Shown in pieces: positions 23,828-38,150 of a stretch of DNA of 64,000 nt (position 1 is its first letter; every line of letters begins with the position of its first letter). The notes beneath the pieces are model-generated. The model saw only the letters and a program-made list of their open reading frames with translations. It was not told the DNA's origin and did no database searches. The translations under genes and the position numbers were made by a program. This DNA comes from Rebecca billardiae RCC1528 (taxonomy: Eukaryota > Protista > Haptophyta), in the NCBI GenBank assembly GCA_965240325.2, contig OZ251231.1, positions 1,302,001-1,366,000 on the forward strand, given 5' to 3'.

Positions 23828-26800
23828 CGGCGGTGCCACTCCCGCGTAACGCGAGCGAGCCCTCGCCAGGCGTGCTGCTCGTGCCGGGCGGCGCGCTCCC
23901 GCCGGGCGAGTACACGCTGCGGCTGTCCGCGCGCGTGCGCGGCGCCTCGTCGGACGACGACGCCGCGAGCGGCTCGGCCAGCATGACGCTCACCGTCGTC
24001 GAGGGCGCGCTGCCCACGGCGGAGCTGCTGCCGCTGCGCCGCGCGCTGTATAACCCAACGTGGCGGCTGCCCGCCGAGCGGCTCGTGATCGAGGCGAGGC
24101 GCGCCGACGCGCGCGCGTACGCGTACGCGTGGCGCGCGCTCGTCGTCGGCGCGCGCGGCACGCTCTCCGCCGCGCCGCTCAACCTGAGCGACACGGCGGC
24201 AACGACGACCACCGGGGACGGCACGGCCGTGCTCGCGTTCAGAAGCGGCGCGCTCGCGCCCGGCGCCGAGTACGTGTTCGAGCTGCGCGTGACCGACGTG
24301 GCGCGGCCGGGCGGACGCGCGGGGCACGCCTCCGTCCGCGTGCGCATCAACCGGCCACCGTTTGGTGGCTCGCTCGGCGTGCTCGACGCGGCCGGCGCCG
24401 CGCTCGCGCCGGGCGCGCGCGTGCCGCTCGGCGACGAGATTGCAATCTCGGCGGAGGGGTGGGCGGACGACGGCGCGGAGGACCTGCCGCTGCGCTACGC
24501 CTTCGAGTTCGCCGAGATTGCAATCTCGGCCGAGGGCGCCGAGATTGCACTCTCGGCCGAGGACTGGGTGCCGCTCAGCAGCCTGCGCGCGGCCGACGCG
24601 CCCGCGCTCCGCGCAGTGCTGCTACCCGCCGGCCGGCTGCGCGTCGCGGTGCGGGTGGCGGACGCGGGCGGCGCAGAGGCGCGGAGGAGCGCCCGCCTCG
24701 AGGTGGTCGCGCCGCCGCGCGAGGCGCTCGACGCGGCGGCGCTCGGCGCGCTGCTCGTGCGCGCGCGCGCGGCGGTCGACCGCGCGGACGCGGCGGGCGC
24801 GCTCCGACTCGTGAAGACGGTCGCCACGCTCGACGCCGCGGCCTCGCCGCCCGCGGCCGCGCTGCTGAGCGTCGCGCGCGACGCGGGCGCGCGCGGCGGC
24901 GGCGGCTCGGAGGCGCGCGCGCAGCACGCCGCCGCGCTCGGCGCCATCGTCAGCGTCGGCGGCGGCTCTCTGCTCGACTCGGACGGCGCGTCGCAGGCGG
25001 ACGCGCTGGCGCAGGCCGCGGAGATCGCGCGCGCCGCGCGCGCCGCGGGCGAGGGCGTCGACCCGCTCACGGCGGCGGCGCTCGTGCAAACGGCCGACCG
25101 GGCGCTGCTAGCCAACGCGACGAGCGGCGTCGCGCCCGCCGACGCGGTGCGCGTGGGCGTCGCCGCGCTCGAGCTCGCCTCCGCGCTGACGCGCGCGCTG
25201 CTCGCCGGCGCCGCGCCGGGCGAGCCCACCGTGCAGCTGCGGGGCGCCGCCCTTGGGCTTGCCGCGGCGCGCGTGCGCGCGGACACGCTCGCGGCCGCGC
25301 AGGCGGGCGGCGGCGGCGGCGGCGGCGGCGGCGGCTGGATTGACCTTGGGCTTGGCGGCACGAGTAGCGGCGTGCTCGTGCCCGCGGCGACGCTCGGCGC
25401 GCGCGGCGAGGTCGACATCGTACTCACCGCCATCGCTGTCCGCACGCCAGAGCTCGACTCCGCCCTGCGGAACGAGACGGCCGCCTCGGAGGGCGGCGGC
25501 GACGCGGCGGCCGCGGCGGCGCTCGCGGCGGCGCGCGCGCTCGGCGGCGCCGCGCTCAGCGGCCAGCCGTTCACCACCGCCATCATGTCGGCCTCTCTCT
25601 ACTCTGTCGAGACGGGCGAGCCGCTTCGCGTCGCTGAGCTCGCCGAGCCCGTGATTCTCGCGCTGCCGCCGCTGCTCAGCGCGCCTCCGGTGGGCGAGGC
25701 CGCGAGCGCCGCCGCCGTCAGCGACGGCGACGGCGACGACGGCGGCGGCGGCGGCGGCGGCGGCCTCGTGAACTCCTGCCGGTACTGGGACGACGCGCGC
25801 GCGCGGTGGTCGCGGCTCGGCTGCGCGCGCGTGCGCGCGCCCGCTGGGCGCGACCCCTCGCTGCTGCACTGCGCGTGCGACCACCTCACCACCTTTGCGG
25901 GGCTCGGCTTCCCCGCGAGCGAGGCGGAGGCGCGCGCGGACGCGGACGGCGGCGCGGAGCTCAACACGTTCGATGCCTCCGATGCGATCCAGGTACTGAG
26001 CGACCCGGCGGAGGGGCACCGGGAGAATCAGACGGTCTACCGACTGGTGTACCTGTTGGCTGGCGCGAATGGGCTCGCGCTGCTGCTCGCGCTGCTCGCC
26101 GACCGGCGCGGCCGCGCGCTGTATGACCGGTGGCATGCGTCTGAGCTGAAGACGAGCGGGCACGCGGTGCAGCCGCCCGCGGCGCGCGTGTCCTCCGGCG
26201 CCGAGCGCGACAGCAGCCGCTCCTCCGAGCGGGGCAGCGGCGCGCGCCGCGCGAGCGCCGCCGACGCGCCGCCCGCCGCACCGTCCAGGGTCGCGACTGA
26301 GCTGCGCAGCGCGCCGTCGACCGTTGAGCGGCTGCGGAGGCGCCGGCTGCGACAGCACGCCGACGCGGCGGCGCAGCAGCCGCCGCCGCCCGCGCCGTTC
26401 GACCCGCCGCCGGACGCGCCGCGCGGCCTGCGGCTGCCGCCACGCCCCGCCGCTCGTGACACCGAGCGCCGCGACGGGCTCCCGCGCCGCCGCGACTCCG
26501 TGTGGGCCTCGGAGCCCGGTCCGAAGCCGCGCGGCGCCGCGCCGGCGCGCGCGGGCTCGGCGCGCGCGCGCGCCACGCTCCTAGCGCAGAGGCTGCTGGA
26601 TGAACACACGCTGCTCGTGCTGCTGCTCGGCGCGCCCGCGCGCGGCGTGCGCAAGGCCGAGCTGGTGCAGACGCTCTTCGACCTCGCGGCGGTGCAGCTT
26701 CTGCTCGAGGTTGTTCTGTATGACCGCTCCGCCGACGCGGGCGGCCAGCCGCGCGCGCTCACCGTTCTCGTCTACGCCGCCGTCGCCGCGGCGGTTGCGC

Positions 26801-29800
26801 TACCCGCGCTCGCGCTCTGCCGCGCGCTGTGGGCGCTCGGCCGCGCGCGCGACGGCGTGGAGGCGCCGCCGGCCGCGCGGCTGTATCGAGCCCTCCGGCA
26901 GACGCTCGACGGCACCGGCCTCCCCGCGGCGACCGCGCGCAGCGCCCGCGTCTCAAAGGCCCTTGACTCGGCGCAGCACAACGACCATCAGGCGCCCGCG
27001 ACACGCGATCCGGTCGGCGCCGACGCGGGCGCCGACGGCGCCGAGGGCGGTGCGCCCGACGGCGGCCAGCCGCGCGCGCTGCCGACGCTCCAGGGGCCCG
27101 TGCGCGCGGACGTGCCGCCATCGCCGCCGCAGCAACTGCTGGAGGCGCTCGACTCGGAGCCCGCGCGCACGGCCGAGCGCTCGCCAGTAAGGCTCACCGG
27201 GCGCGGCTCGCCCGCCGCGCGCGCCGGCGGGCCGCGCAGCGCGACGCAGCGCGGCATGCGCGTCACGCCCGTCCGCGGCTCGCCCCCCGCGCGGCCAGGC
27301 ACCGCGGGCGTCGTGCTCAGCGGCACCACGATCGTCGCGCCTCTCCAGCCCTCCGCCTCCGACGGCAGCGGGCGGCTCGCGGCGCTCGCGGCGGAGCGCG
27401 CCGGCGCGCGCGACGACGCTGAGGCCATCGCACGTGATGGCCGCTCGGCTGCGCGCGCGACCGTGAGCACGGCGCCGCCCGGCGCGCGGCCGCGCTCGGC
27501 GACGCGCGGCGCGAGTGCGCTCCCGCCCTCAGAGCGCGAGAAGCTCGCGCCGTCAAGCCGGCCGGGCTCCGGAGCCCGCCGCGCCGCCACGCCGCCGCCG
27601 CCGCCCTCGCCGCCGGCGAGCACTCCGCCAGTGCACCCGCCGCCGTCGCCGCCCGCGCCGGCGCCGGGCGCGGGCGGCGGCCGTCCGCCGCCCGCGCCGC
27701 CGGGCGGCGACGTGCGGCGCAACAGCGGCAGCGGGCCGCCGCAGCACACCGAGCGGGTGGCGCCGCCGGTGGGCGCTCTGCCCGGCGGCGCAGCCGACAG
27801 CCGGCCGCCGCCCGCGCCGCCGGGCGGCGACGTGCGTCGCAACAGCAACGGCCCGCAGCGCACCGGTCGGATGCCGCCGCCGGTGGGCGCTGCCTGCGCG
27901 CCCAAGCCGCCGCAGCGCTCGGCCAGCGGCGCGCTGCCTCAGGCCGCGCACCTCAACTCCAGCTGCCCCGCCGGCTCCCGCCCGCCGGGCGCGCGCGTGC
28001 CAGCGAGGCTCGCTGGCCGGGATAACCGCTCGGGCGCGCCGCCGCGCAGGCAGCCGCTGCCGCCGCCGGGCAAGCTGCAGCTGTGCGCCGGCAGCGCCGC
28101 CAAGCCACCGACGCCTCTCAAGACCGCGTGGAGCGGCGGCGCGCCGCCCGCGGTGGCCAGCCCAGCCCCGCCGCCGCCGCCGCTGCAGCCGGTGCCCTCG
28201 CAGCCCTCGCCGGAGCTCACGAGCCCAGAGGACGCGATGCCGACACCGGTGGCCGTGCCCGCGCCCTCGTCGCGCCGACCCTCAACCAACCCGACGCTGG
28301 CCACCGGCGCGCCGCCGCCGCCGCCCGCGCCAGACGCGGCCGCCGCCGCGCCGCGCGCCGGTCAGAAGTGGGCCGTCGTACGGCCGCCGACCAGCTCGGC
28401 GGCCGCGCCGGCGGCGGAGGCAGCCGCGCCGGCCTCGAGCGCGCCGCCGCCGCCGCCGCCGCCGGTGGCGGCAGCCGACACACCTGCACCCGCCGTGCCA
28501 CCGCCTGTGCACCCCTCGCCAGAAAGCCCGTCGCCGGCCGCGCGCCAAAGCCTGTCGCCGGCCGCGCGCGACCTCCGCACACCGCCGAGCGCGAGCGCGA
28601 TGGCGGCGCTCGGCGCATGCGCACAGCGCGCCGAGGCGAGCGCGGCCGCGGCGCCCGCCGCCTCGGCCTCGCCGCCGCGCCGCGTGATCGCCGCGCCCAT
28701 CCTGCTGAGCACTCGCATGACTGCCGATGAATGGCGGCTCGACGCGTCACCAAGCCAGGGGGTGGCAAGGTCGCCGCCGCCGCCGCCGCCGGGGCGCGGC
28801 GCGGCGGCGCCGTCCGGCGCGCGGCCGAGCGCGGCCCCGGCGGCAGCGCCGGCACCGGCGCCGCGCGTGCAGACGCCACCGCCCGCGCCGACGCCGCCGC
28901 CCGCGGCCTCCTCCGCCGCGCCGGCCACGGCCACCCAGGCCGCACGCCCGTTGCCCGGTGCGCTGCGCCTGCCCGCAGACTTGACGACCGACCAGGCCGC
29001 GCCGCCCGCCGGCACGCCCGGCACGCCGCCGATCGGTGTGCACACGCCGTCGCCGCGCAGCTCCGGCGGCGCGCGGCGCGCGCTCGAGCGGCCGATCGTC
29101 ACCTTCGCACCGGAGGCGGATGACGCGCCGCCGGCGGCGGCGGCGGCGGCGGCGGCGGAGCGGGCCGCCACGCCCACGGCCGCCGCCTCCTTCGAGCGCG
29201 CCGCCGAGCTCAGCGAGCTCGAGAGACACGCCCTGCGGGTTCTCGTGAGGCTCTTCGACTCGACCAAGCGAAGGCGGCTCGGCGTCAAGTCACTCGGGAT
29301 GCTCGCCACCGAGCTCGGCGACCCGATGACGGTGCCCGAGCTGCGGCGGCTACTGCGCGCGGTCGGCGGGCGCGGCGCGGGCGCGCACGGCAGCCTCGAG
29401 GTCGGCTCAGAGGAGCTCGTGGCGTGGTACGCCCGCGCCAAGGCGGCGGACGCGCGCGCCGCGCGGCGGCGCGCGCGCTGCGCACCGCCGCCACCGCCAC
29501 GCGCCCGAGCGCTCGTCGCGTGGGCTGCGATGCTTGGCATCTTCGCAGGCGTGTGCGCCCTCGTGATCGTGTACGGGCGCCTCTTCGGCGAGGCGCAGAC
29601 GGTCGCGATGCTCCAGTCGTGGGGACTAGCGCTGCTCAGCTCGGTCCTCGTGCAAGAGGCACTGATCGCCGGCCTCGCGCAGCTGCTGTCGGCGCTCGGC
29701 CGGCGCGGCCTCGGCCGCACGCACGATCTCGCGGGCACGTCGATCGACGCGCTGGTCTCCGGCCGGCATGATGGCCACATTTTCCGAGGCGTCTCGCGCA

Positions 29801-29835
29801 GCCTCGCGGCGGTGCGCTTCTTCTTCCGCGGCTAG
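12059..29835 (+). CDS. Giant (~5,703 aa) cell-surface protein: signal peptide, 7 RCC1-like repeats, Ser-Pro3 extensin-like shaft, IPT-like, REJ-like, GAIN/GPS, ~5 TM, EF-hand-like pair (polycystin-1/REJ family)
   Basis: Exons 12059-12216, 12321-12500, 12601-13293, 13494-13673 and 13935-29835 total 17,112 nt in frame. Signal peptide MALLSLGVRLLALVA; RCC1 motifs HxC...C(W/F)GxxxxGQLG; IPT-like PASGPLRGGTVVTLSGRNF; REJ-like LLADASSSYDP and NRPPFGGSL...W.DD..DLPLRYAF; GPS CRYWD...WSRLGC...HCACDHLTTF; hydrophobic segments follow. Confidence 0.85.
14035..21385 (+). repeat. Coding (Ser-Pro3)n minisatellite, 12-bp unit with higher-order repeats
   Basis: About 7.35 kb of (AGC/TCN)-CCN-CCN-CCN. A 429-bp higher-order unit recurs at 15121, 15550 and 15979. 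RTEPFPPP motifs occur at about 20.1-21.1 kb. Confidence 0.97.
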
Positions 29836-30305
29836 CCGTTTGTGAATTGTGGTGGCGCACGGCCGCGCACGCTGCGCCGGGCCAAACGGCGCCCAGCTAG
29901 CCCCAGGTGCCACAGCTCGGTCGCTGATGACGACTCGCTCTGCCAAGACTGAGACTGACTAGACTGGTGAGAAGTGGGCGGAGCTAATAGATCGCGCAGC
30001 ATTGATACGGGCCTCACTACTCAGCCGCCTGGTAGCAGGCTGAGTGACTGGCTCGGCTCCCCTCACCCCTGCCCATCAGTCTGAGTCGGCCAGCAGTGGT
30101 GTCGTTGATGATGCGCGCCTTTTGCGCGCCTTGATATTTGATATGCCCTGCATTTATTCCGTGTCTCGATCCAAAGGACCGCGCGCTATATATGATGTAA
30201 TCCGGACGACGAAGGTTATTTGTTGTGTCAGAGATGTCCGGGTGCCCGCCGACGCGACGGAGTCGGAGGAATACCGCTTGCGGGCTGCAATCCAGAGACT
30301 CAGAG

Positions 30306-32529
30306 CAAGGGTGGTCAGGGTCGCCGACTCCAGCGGAGCCCGGCGCCGGAACTTCACTCCCAGATTTTTGGAGCGGAGCGGCGCGCGGGGCCGCCGCCGC
30401 TGTGGCGGGCCGCTCGGGGCGTGCACGGCGTGGGCTCGTGCGGCCGCTGCCGCGCACGCCGAGTGATCTGGCGCGGGCTCGCGGCTTGTTGATGGCCTCG
30501 CGCGCCGCAGCGCGCCGCGCGCCTTGCCTGGCTTCGCCGTTCTCGCGCCTCGGCCACCGTGCACGCATGCGACGCCAAACCGCAAGCTCGGCATACCTCT
30601 CAGCCGAGCTACAGAGCGTGCGCGTGCCTTGTGCGACGCGACGCGGGCATTGCCGCCGGGCGATGTAGTCGTAGTGTGAGCGCGCGCTGTGAAGCCTCAG
30701 CGCGGACCGAGAGTGTCTTTGACGCCTCGGTCAGCTGTCGACAACTGCTGGCGCACCAACCTCCGATGGACATGTCCGTTCAACGAAGGGCGATCGCGAC
30801 GCTGAGACTCGTGAAGACTAGGCGAGCGCTATAGCCAAGAAGACATACGTCATCACGACGTGCGTGTGGGCCTTGCGTGACGATGCGACGTGACGATTGC
30901 CCCGGCAAGAGAGTCAGTCGTCAAGCTTTGAGCAGTGGTCAGCGAACAGACGGTCCACGCGCGTAAGCAGCAACATTTCATTGCTCTCGATCCGCGCTGA
31001 GGCTTCACGGCGCGTGCTCACACTACGACTACATCGCCCGGCGGCAATGCCCGCGTCGCGTCGCGCAAGGCACCTGCACGCTCGGCTGAGAGGTATGCCG
31101 AGCTTGCGGTTTGGCGTCGCATGCGTGCACGGTGGCCGAGGCGCGAGAACGGCGAAGCCAGGCAAGGCGCGCGGCGCGCTGCGGCGCGCGAGGCCATCAA
31201 CAAGCCGCGAGCCCGCGCCAGATCACTCGGCGTGCGCGGCAGCGGCCGCACGAGCCCACGCCGTGCACGCCCCGAGCGGCCCGCCACAGCGGCGGCGGCC
31301 CCGCGCGCCGCTCCGCTCCAAAAATCTGGGAGTGAAGTTCCGGCGCCGGGCTCCGCCAAGGGTAGTAAGGGTGAGCAACTCCGCTGGCGACAGCCGCCGA
31401 GGTCGGTCGGGCTCTGTTTGCCCCGGCGCCCGGTGCGAGCGGAGCGGAGCGAGTACTATCAGCGGCGGAGGGCGCTGAGGCCGCGCACGGCGTGAGGCGC
31501 GGCGTCGGCCGAGTCGGTCCGCGGAGGATGCGCGGCGCTCGGCCCGCTGCGCAGCAGCAGTGTGCCTCACTTTGCCCCGAGCGCTGTCCTCCGCGTCGCC
31601 TCCTTCCCGCCTTGGAGCAGCACGCATGTGCGCGTCGCCACCTCGAAGGCGGCACGGGCTTGCTCAGACGACCGCGCGCGTGTGGCGCGCGACTTGGTCG
31701 ACTGCGCGCGCGCGCTGCCGCGGTGCAAGGTAGCGCCACCGCATACGCGCGCCGTGGCCTTGCGAGAGCGTGTGCGCGGACGTGAGTGCGAGCTCACACA
31801 CATGTCTAATGCTGCTTGCGCATCCGACTAGTGCCGAGTGACGTGAAGCTGAAAAAGACAGCGGCGTGAGTGTTGGTACCATCGATGCGGAGCCTTAGCG
31901 TCCGCTTGCATTCGTGCTGAGAAGGCATACACACGGCTAGGCCTTCGTCATGGGTATCCAATGTCACTCAACACCTCGCTGATCGACCGACGAGCGCCGG
32001 CGTGAGGCCGACAGCGAACCATTCGTGAGAGCAAGCAGACAAGCGAGCACTACGCTCGTGAGATGGCCGTGAGCAAAGGCTCGCGCGGGCACGGCGCGCG
32101 TATGCGGTGGCGCTACCTTGCACCGCGGCAGCGCGCGCGCGCAGTCGACCAAGTCGCGCGCCACACGCGCGCGGTCGTCTGAGCAAGCCCGTGCCGCCTT
32201 CGAGGTGGCGACGCGCACATGCGTGCTGCTCCAAGGCGGGAAGGAGGCGACGCGGAGGACGGCGCTCGGGGCAAAGTGAGGCGCACTGCTGCTGCGCAGC
32301 GGGCCGAGCGCCGCGCATCCTCCGCGGACCGACTCGGCCGACGCCGCGCCTCACGCCGTGCGCGGCCTCAGCGCCCTCCGCCGCTGATAGTACTCGCTCC
32401 GCTCCGCTCGCACCGGGCGCCGAGGCAAACAGAGCCCGACCGACCTCGGCGGCTGTCGCCAGCGGAGTTGCTCACCCTTACTACCCTTGGCTCCGCTCCG
32501 GCTGGAGTCGGCGACCCTGACCACCCTTG
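30306..32529. mobile_element. Non-autonomous foldback DNA transposon A (P/Galileo-like), right arm interrupted by element B
   Basis: Termini CAAGGGTGGTCAGGG...CCCTGACCACCCTTG. TSD CTCAGAG at 30299-30305 and 32530-32536. TIR of ~400 bp (30306-~30713 versus ~30984-31356 plus ~32503-32529). Confidence 0.9.
31357..32489. mobile_element. Non-autonomous foldback DNA transposon B, nested in A
   Basis: Termini CAAGGGTAGTAAGGG...CCCTTACTACCCTTG. TSD GCTCCGC at 31350-31356 and 32490-32496. TIRs 31357-~31756 and ~32090-32489. Confidence 0.92.
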
Positions 32530-32548
32530 CTCAGAGCAAAGGAATCAC

Positions 32549-33657
32549 CAAGGGAGGTCCGGGCCGGGAGCTCCCAGCGAGCGGCCAGCGCGACATCACT
32601 CCGAAGTTTCCCTGAGCCCCGGGCGGCGGCGGCGGCGAGGGCGAGTGCTCCGCTGGCGGGGCGCGCACGGGGCACGGCGCAGCGGGCGCGGATGTGCCCG
32701 CAGAGCCGGCGCGTGCGGACGGGCTGTTGCGGGAGAGCATCTGGCGACCTCCTGCGCCGCGCGTCTTGCGCCACGCCTCTTTCGCCTCGGCTCGGGGCAG
32801 CGCGCACGTGCGCGCCGCCTCAAGGCCAGCCTTGCCGCGCCGCAGCCGGCCGCGCGCGCGCCGTGCGCGGCGCGGTCGGGAAGGAACGGGCGCTGCTGCC
32901 GGGCGAGATGGCGACACCATACGCGCACGCCATGCCGCCCCGCCACGCCTTGACGACCGTGTCGTCGGTCCGTTTGCACGCCTCTTTGACTTGTCACAAA
33001 TGGCGTGCACGGCCTCGCGGTCGTGACCCTTGTCGGGACGATCATTGAGACGCAGAACAGTGCCAGACGGGCGCGCGGGCTACTCCAGTGCGTGGATGTT
33101 CATCACTGCGTGGTCATGTAGAAGTGCGGAATGCGACGCTTTCCTCGCGCTGGTGCTCTTTCATCATCTTCTTCGAGCTCAGGTCTGGCTTGGCACTGAT
33201 TCAAGCGATCAGCACTCGTCAACAGCTGTGCAGATCTATTGCCGTGCCCTGTCGCGGCATCGCGGGGCGGCATGGCGTGCGCGTATGGTGTCGCCATCTC
33301 GCCCGGCAGCAGCGCCCGTTCCTTCCCGACCGCGCCGCGCACGGCGCGCGCGCGGCCGGCTGCGGCGCGGCAAGGCTGGCCTTGAGGCGGCGCGCACGTG
33401 CGCGCTGCCCCGAGCCGAGGCGAAAGAGGCGTGGCGCAAGACGCGCGGCGCAGGAGGTCGCCAGATGCTCTCCCGCAACAGCCCGTCCGCACGCGCCGGC
33501 TCTGCGGGCACATCCGCGCCCGCTGCGCCGTGCCCCGTGCGCGCCCCGCCAGCGGAGCACTCGCCCTCGCCGCCGCCGCCGCCCGGCGCTCAGGAAAAAC
33601 TTCGGAGTGATGTCGCGCTGGCCGCTCGCTGGGAGCTCCCGGCCCGGACCTCCCTTG
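32549..33657. mobile_element. Non-autonomous foldback DNA transposon C
   Basis: Termini CAAGGGAGGTCCGGG...CCCGGACCTCCCTTG. TSD GAATCAC at 32542-32548 and 33658-33664. TIRs 32549-~32943 and ~33262-33657. Confidence 0.92.
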
Positions 33658-33740
33658 GAATCACAGAGAGTCCAAACCGGCTTGCAGCACGATGCGGACC
33701 CTCCCCTTCGGATGATTGGCCCGCCTTGCTGCCTTGCATC

Positions 33741-35192
33741 ATGGTCAGCAGTGCAATGTCCTCCTGGGCTCTCCTCTCCCTCGTGGCGCTCCCCGCTGCA
33801 CCGCCCTCGTCGCTCGCGGCCGACGTGCGGCACGGCAGGGCTGAGCGGCTGAGGCTGTGCGTGACGGTGCTCATCGACTACGAGGAGCGCACCCTGCATC
33901 ATTGGCTCGCGTACCACCAGCTCGCTGGCGTGCGGGAGGTATGGCTGTACATCGACGATCGGCCGGTGGCTGGCATGGGCCCGCAGCGCATCGAGGAGCA
34001 GGCCAAGTGGCTGCAGCGGCTGGAGCGCGCGTGGGCGTCGTTTGTGCGCATCGTGTCCTTCACCCGAGATGGGATCGCTACGCAGCAGAGGGCCATGGTC
34101 CATTGCCAGTGCGAGGCCTCGCGCTTGCACGACCGGCCGAACGCAACGTATGGCGGGATCACGTGGGTTGCGTCGATCGACGGCGACGAGTACCTGCACC
34201 TGGGGGCGCCGGTACGCGGGGCGCGTGCGCCCACCACCCGGGACGGCGCCCACCCCGCATGGCGAGTTGGTGAGGTGCTTGCGGCTGTGCCACAGCACGT
34301 GCTCGGCCTCATCATGCCAAGGCGCACATTCGTGGATGTCTACGCGGACACGGGCATCCCAGAGCACCCGGTGCAGCCCAGTGCGGCCGAGGTGGGCCAG
34401 GACTTCTTTGAGCCCATGGTGTACACACGCGCCATCGCGCATGGGCCCCGCTGCCCCGGCAAGGCGCTGCTCCGCATCGGCCCGGGCATGGAGCGGCAGC
34501 TGCGGTTGTTTACCCACTTCATCTGGATGCTAAGGCTCGACGATGACTGGGCCTGCGTGGTGAACTATCGTCGTCGGAAAAATAACGAGACCGCACTGAA
34601 CTATCCGGCGCCAATCACCAGCCTGGAAGCGACGTACATGTGCGGCTATTTCCAGCGCACACAGCAGCTGCCAGCAGGCACCGTTGTGAAGGAGGGAAAC
34701 GAACCGCTCCCTCTCGACTATGCCGCGCTGCAGGTGTACCACTATCGCATGCGCTCGCGCGCGGAGTGTGAGCTCAAGGCGTTCCACCAGGGCACCGGTG
34801 TGGATGTGATGTTCCCGCGCGGTCGTGGCAAGCCTGGGCACCGCGTCGCTGAGGGCACCGGGGTCTGCACCGTGCCGCCAAACCAGACCGTCAACGTGTT
34901 TGGCCTGGCAGCTGCAGCGGATGCGGTGGACACGCGCGTGAGCCAGGCACTATCCGCCAGCCTCGGCCAAGTCCGAACGACGCCGGCTACAGGAGCAGCG
35001 ACCGCGTCGTCTGCGGCAACATCAGGCGCTGAGCTCACGCGGCCAGGGGCGAGCATCGCAGCTGCTGGGGCATCAAGCCGGCCGCGCGCGCATGGCAACG
35101 CCAAGCCCAAGTGGAAGACTACTGGGCTGGCACGCTGGCTGTCAAAGCGCGCATGCGTGAGGCGCACGCGTGGCTGGTGTCCAAAAAAGTAG
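33741..35192 (+). CDS. GT92-like glycosyltransferase, intronless (start 33741 or 33756)
   Basis: Hydrophobic N-terminus MSSWALLSLVALP; motifs YEERTLHHWLAYHQLAGVREVWLY, WVASIDGDEYL (DxD) and VYHYRMRSRAECELK. Confidence 0.75.
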   Translation: MVSSAMSSWALLSLVALPAAPPSSLAADVRHGRAERLRLCVTVLIDYEERTLHHWLAYHQLAGVREVWLYIDDRPVAGMGPQRIEEQAKWLQRLERAWASFVRIVSFTRDGIATQQRAMVHCQCEASRLHDRPNATYGGITWVASIDGDEYLHLGAPVRGARAPTTRDGAHPAWRVGEVLAAVPQHVLGLIMPRRTFVDVYADTGIPEHPVQPSAAEVGQDFFEPMVYTRAIAHGPRCPGKALLRIGPGMERQLRLFTHFIWMLRLDDDWACVVNYRRRKNNETALNYPAPITSLEATYMCGYFQRTQQLPAGTVVKEGNEPLPLDYAALQVYHYRMRSRAECELKAFHQGTGVDVMFPRGRGKPGHRVAEGTGVCTVPPNQTVNVFGLAAAADAVDTRVSQALSASLGQVRTTPATGAATASSAATSGAELTRPGASIAAAGASSRPRAHGNAKPKWKTTGLARWLSKRACVRRTRGWCPKK

Positions 35193-35348
35193 CAGATGCG
35201 CTGCCATATGTCATCACGACAGCTCAGATACGCTGACGATGGGGTAGTTAGCAGTTACGAAGCAACGGCTGATTAGTGATTCTCCTGCATCGTCCGCTGG
35301 CATCACCTGCGCGCTGCCGCAAGCGCCAAGCCCGCATACATGTGCCGC

Positions 35349-38150
<2,802 letters not shown>

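Noticed and set aside
30017-33610. Transposase in the foldback cluster
   Set aside because: No THAP or DDE motifs. The ORFs are mirror-image GC-rich translations of the TIRs.
33030-33740. N-terminal extension of the 720-aa ORF
   Set aside because: It starts inside transposon C and reads through its GC-rich TIR by chance. The signal-like start is at 33741 or 33756.
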